The translations under genes and the position numbers were made by a program. From contig JBHIBG010000001.1 in assembly GCA_046758965.1 (NCBI GenBank), positions 32,001 to 96,000 on the forward strand: a DNA stretch of 64,000 nt, read 5' to 3'. This document shows positions 31,059-40,826 of this stretch, piece after piece. This DNA comes from Candidatus Methylomirabilia bacterium. Its GTDB lineage: Bacteria; Methylomirabilota; Methylomirabilia; Rokubacteriales; CSP1-6. Position 1 is the first letter of the stretch; the number at the start of each line of letters is the position of its first letter. Below the pieces are notes generated by a model that saw only the letters and a program-made list of their open reading frames with translations, was not told the origin of the DNA and searched no databases.

Positions 31059-31445
31059 GTGACCCAAACCTCACCGTCCAGGCTCAAAGTGCTCCTGATT
31101 GAGGACGATGCCGTGGTCCGCCAGGTGGTGGCTGACCTGCTCGGCATCCTGGGACATACGGTGCTCCAGGCCGCGGGGGGGCCAGAGGGCCTGGCGCGAC
31201 TGGAGGCGGGGGAGTCCGTGGACCTGGTGCTCACGGACCTCAGAATGCCGGAGATGAGCGGGTGGGACGTGGTCAAGGCGATCAAACTCCGGTGGTCGCA
31301 GCTCCCCATCGGCCTCATAACCGGGACTCCAGAAGCTCTGGCGCAAGGGCGGGAACTGGTTGACCTCGTGATCGGTAAGCCCGTGACGCTGGCTCGGCTT
31401 CGAGAGGCGATTAGCGGGGTTCGTCCGGTGGTTCCGCCAACCTAG
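31059..31445 (+). CDS. Single-domain response regulator
   Basis: LLIEDD, TDLRMP, ITG, KP. Confidence 0.9.
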   Translation: MTQTSPSRLKVLLIEDDAVVRQVVADLLGILGHTVLQAAGGPEGLARLEAGESVDLVLTDLRMPEMSGWDVVKAIKLRWSQLPIGLITGTPEALAQGRELVDLVIGKPVTLARLREAISGVRPVVPPT

Positions 31446-31454
31446 CAGCTCTGG

Positions 31455-31880
31455 CTAATTCGGTGGGTCTCCTGCAGCTGCCCCCCGGGGTGTCTTCGGT
31501 GGACCCACACCGGCCCCGACCAGAGCGTCCAGGATTCGGTCTAGCTCTACCGGCTTTGCGAAGGTCGCGGCCACCTCGAACACTCCAGCCTCCTCAAGCA
31601 TTTCCAGGGCATTCAACACTCCGCTGATAACGATGACCACGATGTTGGGGTTGAGCCTCCTGATCTGCTCCAGCGTCGCAACGCCGCCGAGGCCGGGATG
31701 CAACAGGTCGAGGATGACTGCGTTGGGGGCTTCCTGCGCGATCTGCAAGAGCGCCTCCGTCCCATTCGTCGCCGTGCGCACGTCGAATCCACGTTCGGTG
31801 AAATACTCTTTCTGGATCTTGAGGAACTCCAGCTCGTCATCGACACACAGGATCGTTGGGATTCGGCTAGGATCTGTCAT
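31455..31880 (-). CDS. Single-domain response regulator
   Basis: CVDDE, LDLLHPG, ISG, KP. Confidence 0.9.
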   Translation of the reverse strand: MTDPSRIPTILCVDDELEFLKIQKEYFTERGFDVRTATNGTEALLQIAQEAPNAVILDLLHPGLGGVATLEQIRRLNPNIVVIVISGVLNALEMLEEAGVFEVAATFAKPVELDRILDALVGAGVGPPKTPRGAAAGDPPN

Positions 31881-32009
31881 CTAACCAGCCTTAAAATCTA
31901 AGGTTTTTGAAAGCACGTCAAGCTTTTCCTGAGGTACCCTGCCTCCCCTCTGGGCGCGAGGGTAAGAGTTGTGAGACCCGGCAGGAGTCTAGGCGGCGCC
32001 GAAGGAGGT

Positions 32010-32207
32010 GTCAAGGGGGCGCATCAACTCCAACATTTCGGTGACGGAAGGCGAGGGCGTAAATCAACAGTCGCGGTTCCCGATCTAAGCGACGAGGAGG
32101 GCCCCGTGACGCGAGCCGGCCTTCGGAAGTGTGCCGCCATCCAATGGGAGCGGTATGAGCGAGCCACCCGGGCCGAGAAACATCGCCTGCTCGATGAGGT
32201 GGTCTAG
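32010..32207 (+). mobile_element. IS remnant (element end plus transposase N-terminus)
   Basis: After an RBS, TRAGLR..AAIQ.ERY.RATRAEKHRLLDEVV resembles a DDE-integrase-type transposase N-terminus, truncated at TAG 32205; element start approximate. Confidence 0.55.
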
Positions 32208-32323
32208 CTCCTTCCTTGGGCGGCATCGGACGGCGCTTGCCGTGGCAGCGCCTGGCAGCTATCCTTGGCACTGAGATCAGACGCGCGGCTTCCGAACGCA
32301 GGCCGGCGGGGAGGTTCTTGGCG

Positions 32324-33388
32324 ATGGTTCGATATGTTGAGTTCACGCTGGCCGCCATACAGGCGGCTCCCGTCTTCTTCGATCGAGAGGCGTCCACGGA
32401 GAAGGCCTGCCAGCTCATCGAGGAAGCCGCGCGACACGGCGCGACGCTCGCGGCCTTTGGCGAGACATGGCTCCCTGGCTACCCCTTCTTCGCCTTCTCG
32501 CCCCCGGGCCCGCTCTGGTGGCGGGCCGCGGCGGAGTACCTCGCCACCGCGGTTGAGATCCCGAGCCCGACCACGGACCGGCTCTGCGCCGCCGCGCGCC
32601 GGGCCGGGATCGATGTGGTGATCGGCGTGGTGGAGCTTGACCCTCGCACCCGTGGCACCGTCTACTGCACCCTGCTCTTCATCAGCCGTGAGGGGGCAAT
32701 CCTCGGGCGCCACCGCAAGCTCAAGCCCACTCACGCCGAACGCGCCATCTGGGGCGAGGGCGACGCGCTCGGGCTCAAGATCTACGAGCGCCCCTACGGG
32801 CGGATCAGCGGGCTGTGCTGCTGGGAGCACAACATGGTCCTTCCCGGCTATGCGCTGATGGCCCAGGGAACCCAGATCCACGTGGCGGCATGGCCTGGCC
32901 GCGAGCCCTCCCAGGCGCCGGCGGCGCCTGTCTCCCTCTGGCCGCGGCAGCTTCTCCTGTCGCGAACCTTCGCCTCCCAAGCCGCGTGCTACGTGGTGCT
33001 CGCGGCGGGCGTGCGCCTCCCTGACGATACGCCCGAGCGCTACCGAGAACTCGCGACGTTCTATCACACCGGCGACAGCTATATCATCGATCCGCGGGGG
33101 GAAATCATGGCGGGCCCCGCCCAGGGCGAGACCATTCTCACCGCCCGCGGCTCGCTCGAGGCGGTGCTGGCGGCGAAGGCCGGCTGCGACGTGGGCGGGC
33201 ACTATTCCCGTCCCGACATCTTCCAGCTCCATGTTAGCGGTCGCCCGCTCGAGCGTGTCGTTGGCCTGGGCCCCCAGGACTCGGGTGCCCCTTCGGCCAC
33301 GGGAAGCTTGATCGTTGCGTCGGACGGCAGACCCGTTGTCCCTGAAGTGGAGCCCGCGCAAGGCGGGCAGGGCACCTCCGGCTCGTAA
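32324..33388 (+). CDS. Nitrilase (carbon-nitrogen hydrolase family)
   Basis: Catalytic triad FGET, HRKLKPT, CCWEH; GHYSRPD. Confidence 0.93.
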   Translation: MVRYVEFTLAAIQAAPVFFDREASTEKACQLIEEAARHGATLAAFGETWLPGYPFFAFSPPGPLWWRAAAEYLATAVEIPSPTTDRLCAAARRAGIDVVIGVVELDPRTRGTVYCTLLFISREGAILGRHRKLKPTHAERAIWGEGDALGLKIYERPYGRISGLCCWEHNMVLPGYALMAQGTQIHVAAWPGREPSQAPAAPVSLWPRQLLLSRTFASQAACYVVLAAGVRLPDDTPERYRELATFYHTGDSYIIDPRGEIMAGPAQGETILTARGSLEAVLAAKAGCDVGGHYSRPDIFQLHVSGRPLERVVGLGPQDSGAPSATGSLIVASDGRPVVPEVEPAQGGQGTSGS

Positions 33389-33679
33389 CAAACTCTCCGA
33401 GTCCGCGCTACCGGCAGGAATGCGGGCAGCTCCACCCGCGAGTCCGCGGCGTCGTCTCGCCGTTGCCGGAACGTTTCTTTTTGAAGCCGAACATATTGGA
33501 ACACCACCGCGGGGGATCGAGAACCTGCCTTCTGGACAGAAGCTAAGGCCCTTGCAGATCAGGGAGCTAGCCCGGCGACTTGCATAATTGTCACGTCTGT
33601 GGACTACGTTTGACAGTTCTCCGGGCTTGCGCTGACGGCCCAATCTCTCAACCAGCTGTCCTCATTGTGTTTTTCCCGA

Positions 33680-33695
33680 TGGCACCATGTTTGCT
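33680..33695 (+). promoter_or_regulatory. Sigma-54 (-24/-12) promoter
   Basis: TGGCACCATGTTTGCT with exact GG-N10-GC spacing, 27 nt before ATG 33723. Confidence 0.65.
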
Positions 33696-33722
33696 GAGTC
33701 ACATGGCTATCGGAGACAGGGG

Positions 33723-34460
33723 ATGGGCGGAGAAGAGACGGAGGCAGGCGAAACTCAACAGCAAGCGATCGAGCGGCAGCCGACAGATCCCGGCAGCGAC
33801 GAAGCCGAATTGGTGGAGTCCCCTCTCCGTCGCATCTTTAAGAAGGGGTCATTCCGCGCCCTCGGAGGCGGGCTTGCCATCCTCGGGGTGGCGTTCGTTG
33901 CCCTGCCCTACCTAGTGGACTGGATGAGCTTCCCGGTGCCCCGAGGCCGAGCCTTGGAGAGTGCAGCATCGCTTCCATTGGAGCCGCCACCGGTTTCAGC
34001 AACTCCGCGGCCGCGTAAAGCTCCGCAGAAATCGGAGTCGGCGAATCCTCCTGCGGTGTCGCCTGCCAGGCGAATGGCGGAGCAACCCCGACCTCCAGCG
34101 CTTCCGCCTGCAACCACCAAAGCCGAGTCGCCTTCGGCTACTGCTGTGGTAACAGTCGCTGCCCAAGCGGAACGCCAGTCGCAAGGGTCCGGGATGCGGA
34201 AAGTGGCTGGTCCGGTGCTCTCCGAGGGGAAGTTCTGGGTCCAACTGGGCGCGTTCAAGAGCTCAAGAAATGCGACCCAACTAGCCGCCCAAATCCGTGC
34301 CGAACACTACCCAGTGGAGGTTCGCTGGGGAAAGTCGCCAGGGGCGCCTTACGTTGTGTGGGTCGGCAAGTACTCCAAGTGGGAGCGGGCCAAGCAGGTA
34401 CGGGCGGCCCTGCAAAGGAAGGGATTCCGCGGCTTCATATTAAGAGACGAGAGGGGCTGA
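33723..34460 (+). CDS. SPOR-domain membrane protein
   Basis: TM helix, Pro/Ala-rich linker, WVQLGAF...NA..L, VWVGKY. Confidence 0.88.
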   Translation: MGGEETEAGETQQQAIERQPTDPGSDEAELVESPLRRIFKKGSFRALGGGLAILGVAFVALPYLVDWMSFPVPRGRALESAASLPLEPPPVSATPRPRKAPQKSESANPPAVSPARRMAEQPRPPALPPATTKAESPSATAVVTVAAQAERQSQGSGMRKVAGPVLSEGKFWVQLGAFKSSRNATQLAAQIRAEHYPVEVRWGKSPGAPYVVWVGKYSKWERAKQVRAALQRKGFRGFILRDERG

Positions 34461-34661
34461 CTTCGCCGGGGCACGGTGCCGGCTCCCCTTTGCCATTCCC
34501 TAGCCCCACCCTGTAGGTCTAGCTTCGGTCACCATCTCGTGACAGGACCAACAGCGGCAGCACCAAAGGGTGTCAAGCGGTGCTTGACCCCTAGTCGGTC
34601 CTGGGGCTAGCCTAGCAGCAGCGTTTCCCACCTTCGCGCCCCCGGTCAGTGGAGGCCCGGT

Positions 34662-37600
34662 ATGAACTGTCCCCGGTGCCAGGAGGAGAACCCCGCGCAG
34701 GCAAGATTCTGCATGACCTGTGGGGCCGGCCTTGCGCTGGCGTGCACCAAGTGCGGGACGGAGCTCCCGACTGGCGCGGCGTTCTGTTTCGCGTGCGGGC
34801 AACCCGCAACTGCCGCACCCACTGCTCGGCATTTCGCGTCTCCCGAGGGCTACACCCCGAAACACCTCGCCGAGAGGATCCTGACCTCCAGGAGCGGGCT
34901 GGAGGGCGAGCGCAAGCAGGTCACCGTGCTGTTCGCTGACCTGAAGGGATCCATGGAGCTGCTCGCCGACCGGGATCCGGAGGACGCGCGGAGGCTCCTC
35001 GACCCGGTGCTCGAGCGCATGATGGAGGCCGTCCACCGCTACGAGGGGACCGTGAACCAGGTCATGGGCGACGGGATCATGGCGCTCTTCGGGGCCCCCC
35101 TGGCCCATGAGGATCATGCCGTGCGGGCGTGCTATGCGGCGCTCAGGATGCAGGAGAGCGTAGCCAGGTACGGGGACGAAGTTCAGCGGTCACAGGGCGT
35201 GCCAGTGACGATCCGAGTGGGGCTCAACTCCGGCGAGGTCGTCGTCCGATCTATCGGCAGCGATCTCCACATGGACTACACGGCGGTGGGGCAGACGACC
35301 CACCTCGCAGGCCGGATGGAGCAGATGGCCAAGCCGGGCTCGATCCTCCTCACGGCAGATGCCCTGCGGTTGGCCGAAGGCTACGTCCAAGTGAAGCCAC
35401 TCGGTCCAGTGCCGGTCAAAGGGCTGGAGGCCCCGATCGACGTATACGAAATCATCGGGGTCGGCCCGGTGCGGCGGCGACTGGAGGCCGCCGTGGCTCG
35501 AGGGCTCACCCGCTTCGTCGGGCGCGACGCTGAACTCGACCAGCTCCGCAAGGCCCTGGAGCGGGCGGCTCAGGGCCACGGCCAGGTCGTCGGGGTCGTT
35601 GGAGAACCGGGCGTGGGCAAATCACGCCTGTTCTACGAATTCACGCATTCGCATCGAACGCACGGCTGGCTGGTCCTCGAAAGTGGCTCGGTCTCCTACG
35701 GCAAGGCCACCACCTATCTGCCGGTCATTGACGTCCTCAAGGCATACTTCCAGATCGAGACCCGCGATGATACCCGGAAGATCCATGAGAAGGTCACCGG
35801 GAAGCTTCTCACGCTGGATCGGGCCTTGGAGCCGATGCTGCCAGCCTTCCTCTCCCTCCTGGACGTGCCCGTCGAGGACCCTCGCTGGCAGGACCTCGAT
35901 CCCGCCCAACGCCGCCAGCGGACCCTGGATGCCGTCAAGCGCCTCCTGCTTCGGGAGAGCCAGGTCCAGCCGCTCTGCCTGGTCTTCGAGGACCTCCACT
36001 GGATTGATTCAGAGACCCAGGTGGTCCTAGACAGCCTGATCGAGAGCCTCCCGACCGCCCGTCTCCTGCTGCTGGTGAACTATCGCCCCGAGTACCAGCA
36101 CGGCTGGGGGAGCAAGACGTACTACACCCAGCTCCGCATTGACCCGCTGCCGCCAGAGAGCTGCGAGGAACTGCTTCAAGCCCTCCTCGGAGGCGATGCG
36201 AGTCTTCAGCCGTTCAGGCAGCTCCTGATCGAGCGCACCGAGGGGAACCCCTTCTTCCTGGAGGAGAGCGTCCGCACCCTGGTCGAGACCCAGGTCCTGG
36301 TCGGCGAGCGCGGGGCCTACCGCCTGGCGAGGCCCGTCCAGACGATTCAGGTGCCCGCCACGGTCCAAGCCGTCCTGGCGGCCCGGATCGACCGGCTGCC
36401 TCCCGAGGACAAGCGCCTCCTCCAGTCCGCCTCCGTCATCGGCGAGGATGTGCCCTTCGCCCTGCTCCAGGCCGTCGTGGAGATGCCAGAGGAGGAGCTG
36501 CGCCGCGCCCTGAGCCGCCTGCAGACGGTCGAGTTCCTCTACGAGACCAGCCTGTTCCCCGATCTCGAGTACACCTTCAAGCACGCGCTGACGTACCAGG
36601 TGGCGTACAACTCCCTCCTCCAGGAACGGAAAAAGGCGCTTCACGCGAAAGTTGTCGAGGCTATCGAGCGCCTCTATACAGACCGCCTGGCGGAGCACAC
36701 CGAGGCCCTTGCCCGCCATGCCCTCCGTGGCGAGGTTTGGGAGAAGGCCGTGGATTACCTCCGCGAGGCGGGGGTGAAGGCGAACGCCAGGGGCGCGCTC
36801 CAGGAGTCCCTTGACCGGCTCGAGCAGGCGCTGGACGTCGTCCCACGACTTCCGACAACCCCCGTGAACCTTCGGCGGGCCATTGACGTGCGCCTGGACT
36901 TCCACGCGCCGCTCTTCGTGCTCGGCCAGATTCCCCGGCTCGTTCAGCTCCACCAGGAAGCCGAACAGCTCGCCCGTCAGCTCGACGATCAGCCCCGCCT
37001 CGGACGTGTCTCCTGGCGGATGGGCGGGTACTTGTGGGTGAACGCCCAATACGCTCCCGGAATCGAGTACGCCCAGCAGGCCCTCCGCGTCGCGGAAGCC
37101 ATCCAGGACTCCGAGTTGCGGATCGTGGCCACCTATATCCTTGGGGTGATCCACTGGGGGCATGGGGAGTATCGCACGGCCAGTGACTTCCTGCTGCGCA
37201 TCGTGGAAGGCCCGGACGCTGACCTGGCAAAACGGCGTCTTGGCCTTGCGTTTGGTTCCCCAAACGTCACCGGCGCGGGCTACCTTGGCGGCTGTCTTGC
37301 GGCGGTCGGTGACTTCGAGCGGGCTCTCCGGTACGGCGACTACGGGGTTCAAGGTGCCGATGCTGCCGATGACCCTCGATCTCAGGCACACGCTTATACC
37401 TGGCGGGGATTCTCGCTCGGCTTGAAGGGCGAGTTTCGGCAGGCTCTACCCTGGCTCGAACGGGCGGTGCACCTGTGTGAGACGAGGGAGATACGTCTTT
37501 GGCTGCCCTGGGCCTATTCCACGTGGGGATGGGCCTTAGCCTGGTCGGGGCGAACTGCTGAGGGCCTCTCGTATCTGAAACGGGCCGTCACGGTTCGGGA

Positions 37601-38060
37601 GAGCACGGAAGCGAAGTTTGGTTTGCCCACGTTCTATTCTCGGTGGGCCGAGGGACTCCTACTCGCGGAAAACATCCGGGAGGCCAAGCGTACTGCCGAC
37701 AGGGCATTAGAGCTTGCTACGACCTTCGGCGAGCGGGGAATTGAGGCTGACACGCACCGTCTCCTGGGAGAAATTTCGGCGGCCGTGGACTCTCCAGACG
37801 TCGAATCCGCCCGCACTTACTACGACCGGGCTAAGGCGCTGGCCGACGACCTCGGCATGCGCCCCCTCCTCGCCCGCTGCCACCTCGGCCTCGGCAAGCT
37901 GTACCGCCGCACCGGGGATTGCCCGAAGGCTCAGGAGCACCTGAGCAGGGCCACCGCGCTCTTCCGCGAAATGGAGATGCGGTTCTGGCTGGAGCAGGCA
38001 GAGGCGGAGCTGAAGGCGGTGGCGTCTACAAGCACCAAGAAAGCGAGGAGGCGAACATGA
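34662..38060 (+). CDS. Zinc-ribbon + class III adenylate/guanylate cyclase + AAA ATPase + TPR protein
   Basis: Double CxxC ribbons, FADLKGS, MGDG, GEPGVGKS, FEDLHWID, GNPFFLEE, TPR tail. Confidence 0.93.
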   Translation: MNCPRCQEENPAQARFCMTCGAGLALACTKCGTELPTGAAFCFACGQPATAAPTARHFASPEGYTPKHLAERILTSRSGLEGERKQVTVLFADLKGSMELLADRDPEDARRLLDPVLERMMEAVHRYEGTVNQVMGDGIMALFGAPLAHEDHAVRACYAALRMQESVARYGDEVQRSQGVPVTIRVGLNSGEVVVRSIGSDLHMDYTAVGQTTHLAGRMEQMAKPGSILLTADALRLAEGYVQVKPLGPVPVKGLEAPIDVYEIIGVGPVRRRLEAAVARGLTRFVGRDAELDQLRKALERAAQGHGQVVGVVGEPGVGKSRLFYEFTHSHRTHGWLVLESGSVSYGKATTYLPVIDVLKAYFQIETRDDTRKIHEKVTGKLLTLDRALEPMLPAFLSLLDVPVEDPRWQDLDPAQRRQRTLDAVKRLLLRESQVQPLCLVFEDLHWIDSETQVVLDSLIESLPTARLLLLVNYRPEYQHGWGSKTYYTQLRIDPLPPESCEELLQALLGGDASLQPFRQLLIERTEGNPFFLEESVRTLVETQVLVGERGAYRLARPVQTIQVPATVQAVLAARIDRLPPEDKRLLQSASVIGEDVPFALLQAVVEMPEEELRRALSRLQTVEFLYETSLFPDLEYTFKHALTYQVAYNSLLQERKKALHAKVVEAIERLYTDRLAEHTEALARHALRGEVWEKAVDYLREAGVKANARGALQESLDRLEQALDVVPRLPTTPVNLRRAIDVRLDFHAPLFVLGQIPRLVQLHQEAEQLARQLDDQPRLGRVSWRMGGYLWVNAQYAPGIEYAQQALRVAEAIQDSELRIVATYILGVIHWGHGEYRTASDFLLRIVEGPDADLAKRRLGLAFGSPNVTGAGYLGGCLAAVGDFERALRYGDYGVQGADAADDPRSQAHAYTWRGFSLGLKGEFRQALPWLERAVHLCETREIRLWLPWAYSTWGWALAWSGRTAEGLSYLKRAVTVRESTEAKFGLPTFYSRWAEGLLLAENIREAKRTADRALELATTFGERGIEADTHRLLGEISAAVDSPDVESARTYYDRAKALADDLGMRPLLARCHLGLGKLYRRTGDCPKAQEHLSRATALFREMEMRFWLEQAEAELKAVASTSTKKARRRT

Positions 38061-38107
38061 AGCTCCGAATAGCCACGCTCATCCTCACCCTGGCCTTGGG
38101 GGCTTAG
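38057..38107 (+). pseudogene. Orphan signal-peptide stub
   Basis: GAGGAGG RBS then MKLRIATLILTLALGA-stop. Confidence 0.35.
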
Positions 38108-38118
38108 AGGAGAAAAAC

Positions 38119-38655
38119 ATGGTAAGTCATTGGACGAGAGCTTGGAATCGGCTTCCATCGCTAAGGGTGATGGTTTGGCTTGTGACCGCATTACTGACGA
38201 GCGCCTGCGTGGTCGCGCCGTCCGGACCTCCGCCGCTCCGTGCCGAGATTCTGAAAGATGATTCGCGAGCGTTGCGGTATGGAGCAGACGCGGGAGACGT
38301 GCTCGGCCACCCGCAGGTGCGCGAAAAGGTCCAGGCGCTCTTCGGTCCGGACTGGAGCCCGGAAGGCAGGCGGGAGCTGTCCGCGGCCGCTCCGGAGTTC
38401 TTCTCGAAGTCGTTTCCGATTCGGCTGCTCCGGATCAGGGCACAGGACTACATTGGGGCGGCGGGATGCCTCCCGAAAGCGTGTCTGACCCATCGCGGTC
38501 TCCTTCTCATCCGCGTGGACGGTGAGGAGCTCCTCGCGCGGCTCGACGCAGGTGGCTTCAGTCACTACTACGGCTTCGGGCTGATGGTTCGGATGCCCCA
38601 GGATCGCGCGCTCGTCGATGCCGCCTGGCGCGCGTTGGACCTTGCATCGCGCTAA
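38119..38655 (+). CDS. Hypothetical lipoprotein
   Basis: Lipobox LTSAC; CLPKAC motif. Confidence 0.65.
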   Translation: MVSHWTRAWNRLPSLRVMVWLVTALLTSACVVAPSGPPPLRAEILKDDSRALRYGADAGDVLGHPQVREKVQALFGPDWSPEGRRELSAAAPEFFSKSFPIRLLRIRAQDYIGAAGCLPKACLTHRGLLLIRVDGEELLARLDAGGFSHYYGFGLMVRMPQDRALVDAAWRALDLASR

Positions 38656-38776
38656 GCAGACCAGTAGTGGCTCCCGGACGTGACCCGGCGGATTTCAAAC
38701 CAGCCCGTAAGTAGACCTCTGCCCGAGTCGAGCCGAGACGGTTGGCCGAGATGTCCCCTAGTTCCGCGAAAGGGAA

Positions 38777-38853
38777 TGGTGCCCCCGGGGTGACTCGAAC
38801 ACCCGGCACGCAGTTTAGGAAACTGCTGCTCTATCCGTCTGAGCTACGGGGGC
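38777..38853 (-). tRNA. tRNA-Arg(CCT)
   Basis: GCCCCCG acceptor stem, anticodon arm GCAGT-TTCCTAA-ACTGC, TTCGAGT T-loop, CCA end. Confidence 0.95.
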
Positions 38854-39014
38854 AGAAGGAATTGTGACGCGGCCGCCGTCTATTTTAGCACTTTGTGCTC
38901 GTCGTCTGCTGAACTCCTCCAGAGGGCCTGAAAGCCTGTGGCGGCTGTCAGGGGATCTGCGACACCTCGACTTGCCGTGAAACGGGTGGTAGAAGCTTCC
39001 AGCCGGGTAGTGGG

Positions 39015-39911
39015 ATGACGCGCGCCTTTGTCGTGGTGAACCCGGCGGCTGGTGGCGGCCGGACCAAGCGGCTCTGGCGTTCGATCGGGGATCGGCTCTT
39101 TCGCCTTGGGCTTGATTTTGAGTTCGCGGAGACTACGGGGCGCGGCATGGCGACGGACATGGCCCGGCAGGCCGCCACCGACCGGTGGCCGCTGGTGGTT
39201 GTGGTAGGGGGTGACGGGACCGTCAACGAGGTCATCAACGGGCTTCTTGATGCGAGCGGAAATCCCCTGGGCGCCCTGGGGGTGATCAGCACTGGGCGTG
39301 GGCGAGATGTCAGCCGAAACCTGGGCGTGTCACCCGATCGCGAGGTGGCGGCCCGCCGGATCGTTGAGGGAGAGGAGGTTCTGGTCGATCTTGGCGTGAC
39401 CGAATGGGACCGGGGGCAGCGCCGCTATTTCGTCAACGCCGCAGGCGCCGGCTTCGACGCCGTGGTGGCACAGCGCGCTCAGGCCAGAGGCGGCTCTGGC
39501 ACCATCCCCTACCTCCTGGCCGTGCTGGGAGCCCTCCGAAACCATCGTCCGGCCCTTGCCGGCGTCCTTCTGGACGAGCAGCCTGCATGGTCAGGACTGA
39601 TGACCGCGGTCGTGGTAGCCAACGGAGCCTATTACGGTGGGGGCATGAAGATCGCCCCGGACGCGGACCCGGCCGATGGCTGGCTGGACCTTGTTGTCCT
39701 CGGTGACCTTGGCCGGGTGGAGCTTCTCCGCTGGCTTCCGACAGTCTACCGTGGTACCCACCTGGCCAACCCGAATGTGACAGCCTTGCGCGGACGCACA
39801 GTCCTGATTACCTCGGCGACTCCACTGCCGGTGCACGCGGATGGCGAGGCGGTCGCAGAGACTCCTGTCCGGATCAGCGTCTGTCCCCAGGCGCTGAGGC
39901 TTCGCCGCTAG
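39015..39911 (+). CDS. Diacylglycerol kinase family (YegS-like) lipid kinase
   Basis: VNPAAG, GGDGTVNEV, NGAYYGGGM, ADGE. Confidence 0.92.
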   Translation: MTRAFVVVNPAAGGGRTKRLWRSIGDRLFRLGLDFEFAETTGRGMATDMARQAATDRWPLVVVVGGDGTVNEVINGLLDASGNPLGALGVISTGRGRDVSRNLGVSPDREVAARRIVEGEEVLVDLGVTEWDRGQRRYFVNAAGAGFDAVVAQRAQARGGSGTIPYLLAVLGALRNHRPALAGVLLDEQPAWSGLMTAVVVANGAYYGGGMKIAPDADPADGWLDLVVLGDLGRVELLRWLPTVYRGTHLANPNVTALRGRTVLITSATPLPVHADGEAVAETPVRISVCPQALRLRR

Positions 39912-39952
39912 CCCAGGCTGACCGGCCTCGGGCGGGGTGCGCGCGCTCCCGC

Positions 39953-40714
39953 TCACTGAGCGGTGAACCCGCCGTCCACAACCAGCTCGGCGCCCGTCAT
40001 GTAGGAGGACTCGTCCGAGGCGAGGAAGAGGGCGACGTAGGCGATCTCACGGGGGTGGGCGATCCACCCGAGAGGGATCCCGGCCTCGAACTCCTTCCGG
40101 AGCGCCTCGGTCAGGTACGGCGCCTGCATCGGCGTGTCGACAATCCCGGGGTGGATGATGTTCGAGCGGATCCTGTCCTTGGCGAACTGAATCGCCAGCG
40201 ACTTGTTGAGAGAGATGAGGGCGCCCTTCGCGGCGGTGTAGGCGTCCTGCGCGCGGGTGAAGCCTGCCAGGGCAGAGACGGACCCGACCAGGATGATGGA
40301 ACCCCCGCCCGCCTTCCGCAGGTGCGGGATCCCATACTTGGTTACCCAGAAGGCGGACTTCAGGTTGATCCCTATCACCCGATCCCACTGCGTCTCGTCG
40401 GTCTCCAGCACGGACCGGTCTCGGTCCTTCCACAGAACACCGGCGTTGTTATAGAGGACGTGAAGCGCCCTGAAGGCCCGGACCCCTTCATCCACCACTC
40501 GCTTGACGTCATCCTCCACCGCCATGTCGCCGCCGACGGCCACGGCCTCGCCCCCAGCAGCCTGCACCGCCTCCACGGTCTCCCGCACAGCATCGCGGTT
40601 GATGTCGGCCGCGACGATCCGAGCTCCGTGCTCGGCGAAGAGCAACGATGCCTCACGCCCCATCCCCATCCCTGCTCCCGTGATCAGCGCGACCTTCCCG
40701 GTCAGCCTCGACAT
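39953..40714 (-). CDS. Short-chain dehydrogenase/reductase
   Basis: TGAGMGMG, NNAG, YTAAK, VDGG. Confidence 0.95.
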   Translation of the reverse strand: MSRLTGKVALITGAGMGMGREASLLFAEHGARIVAADINRDAVRETVEAVQAAGGEAVAVGGDMAVEDDVKRVVDEGVRAFRALHVLYNNAGVLWKDRDRSVLETDETQWDRVIGINLKSAFWVTKYGIPHLRKAGGGSIILVGSVSALAGFTRAQDAYTAAKGALISLNKSLAIQFAKDRIRSNIIHPGIVDTPMQAPYLTEALRKEFEAGIPLGWIAHPREIAYVALFLASDESSYMTGAELVVDGGFTAQ

Positions 40715-40826
40715 GGTTCTCTCACCCGGATCCTCAAGGCCAAGCAGATGGGACCGCGACCGCTAACAACCCGGCGCCCGACGGTGCGGGGCGCTCAGCC
40801 CCGATTGCCTGATTTGCGGGGGACCC

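Noticed and set aside
21300..38776. Genomic island bounded by tRNA-Arg(CCT)
   Set aside because: No duplicate of the tRNA-Arg 3' end and no integrase found by eye in this interval.
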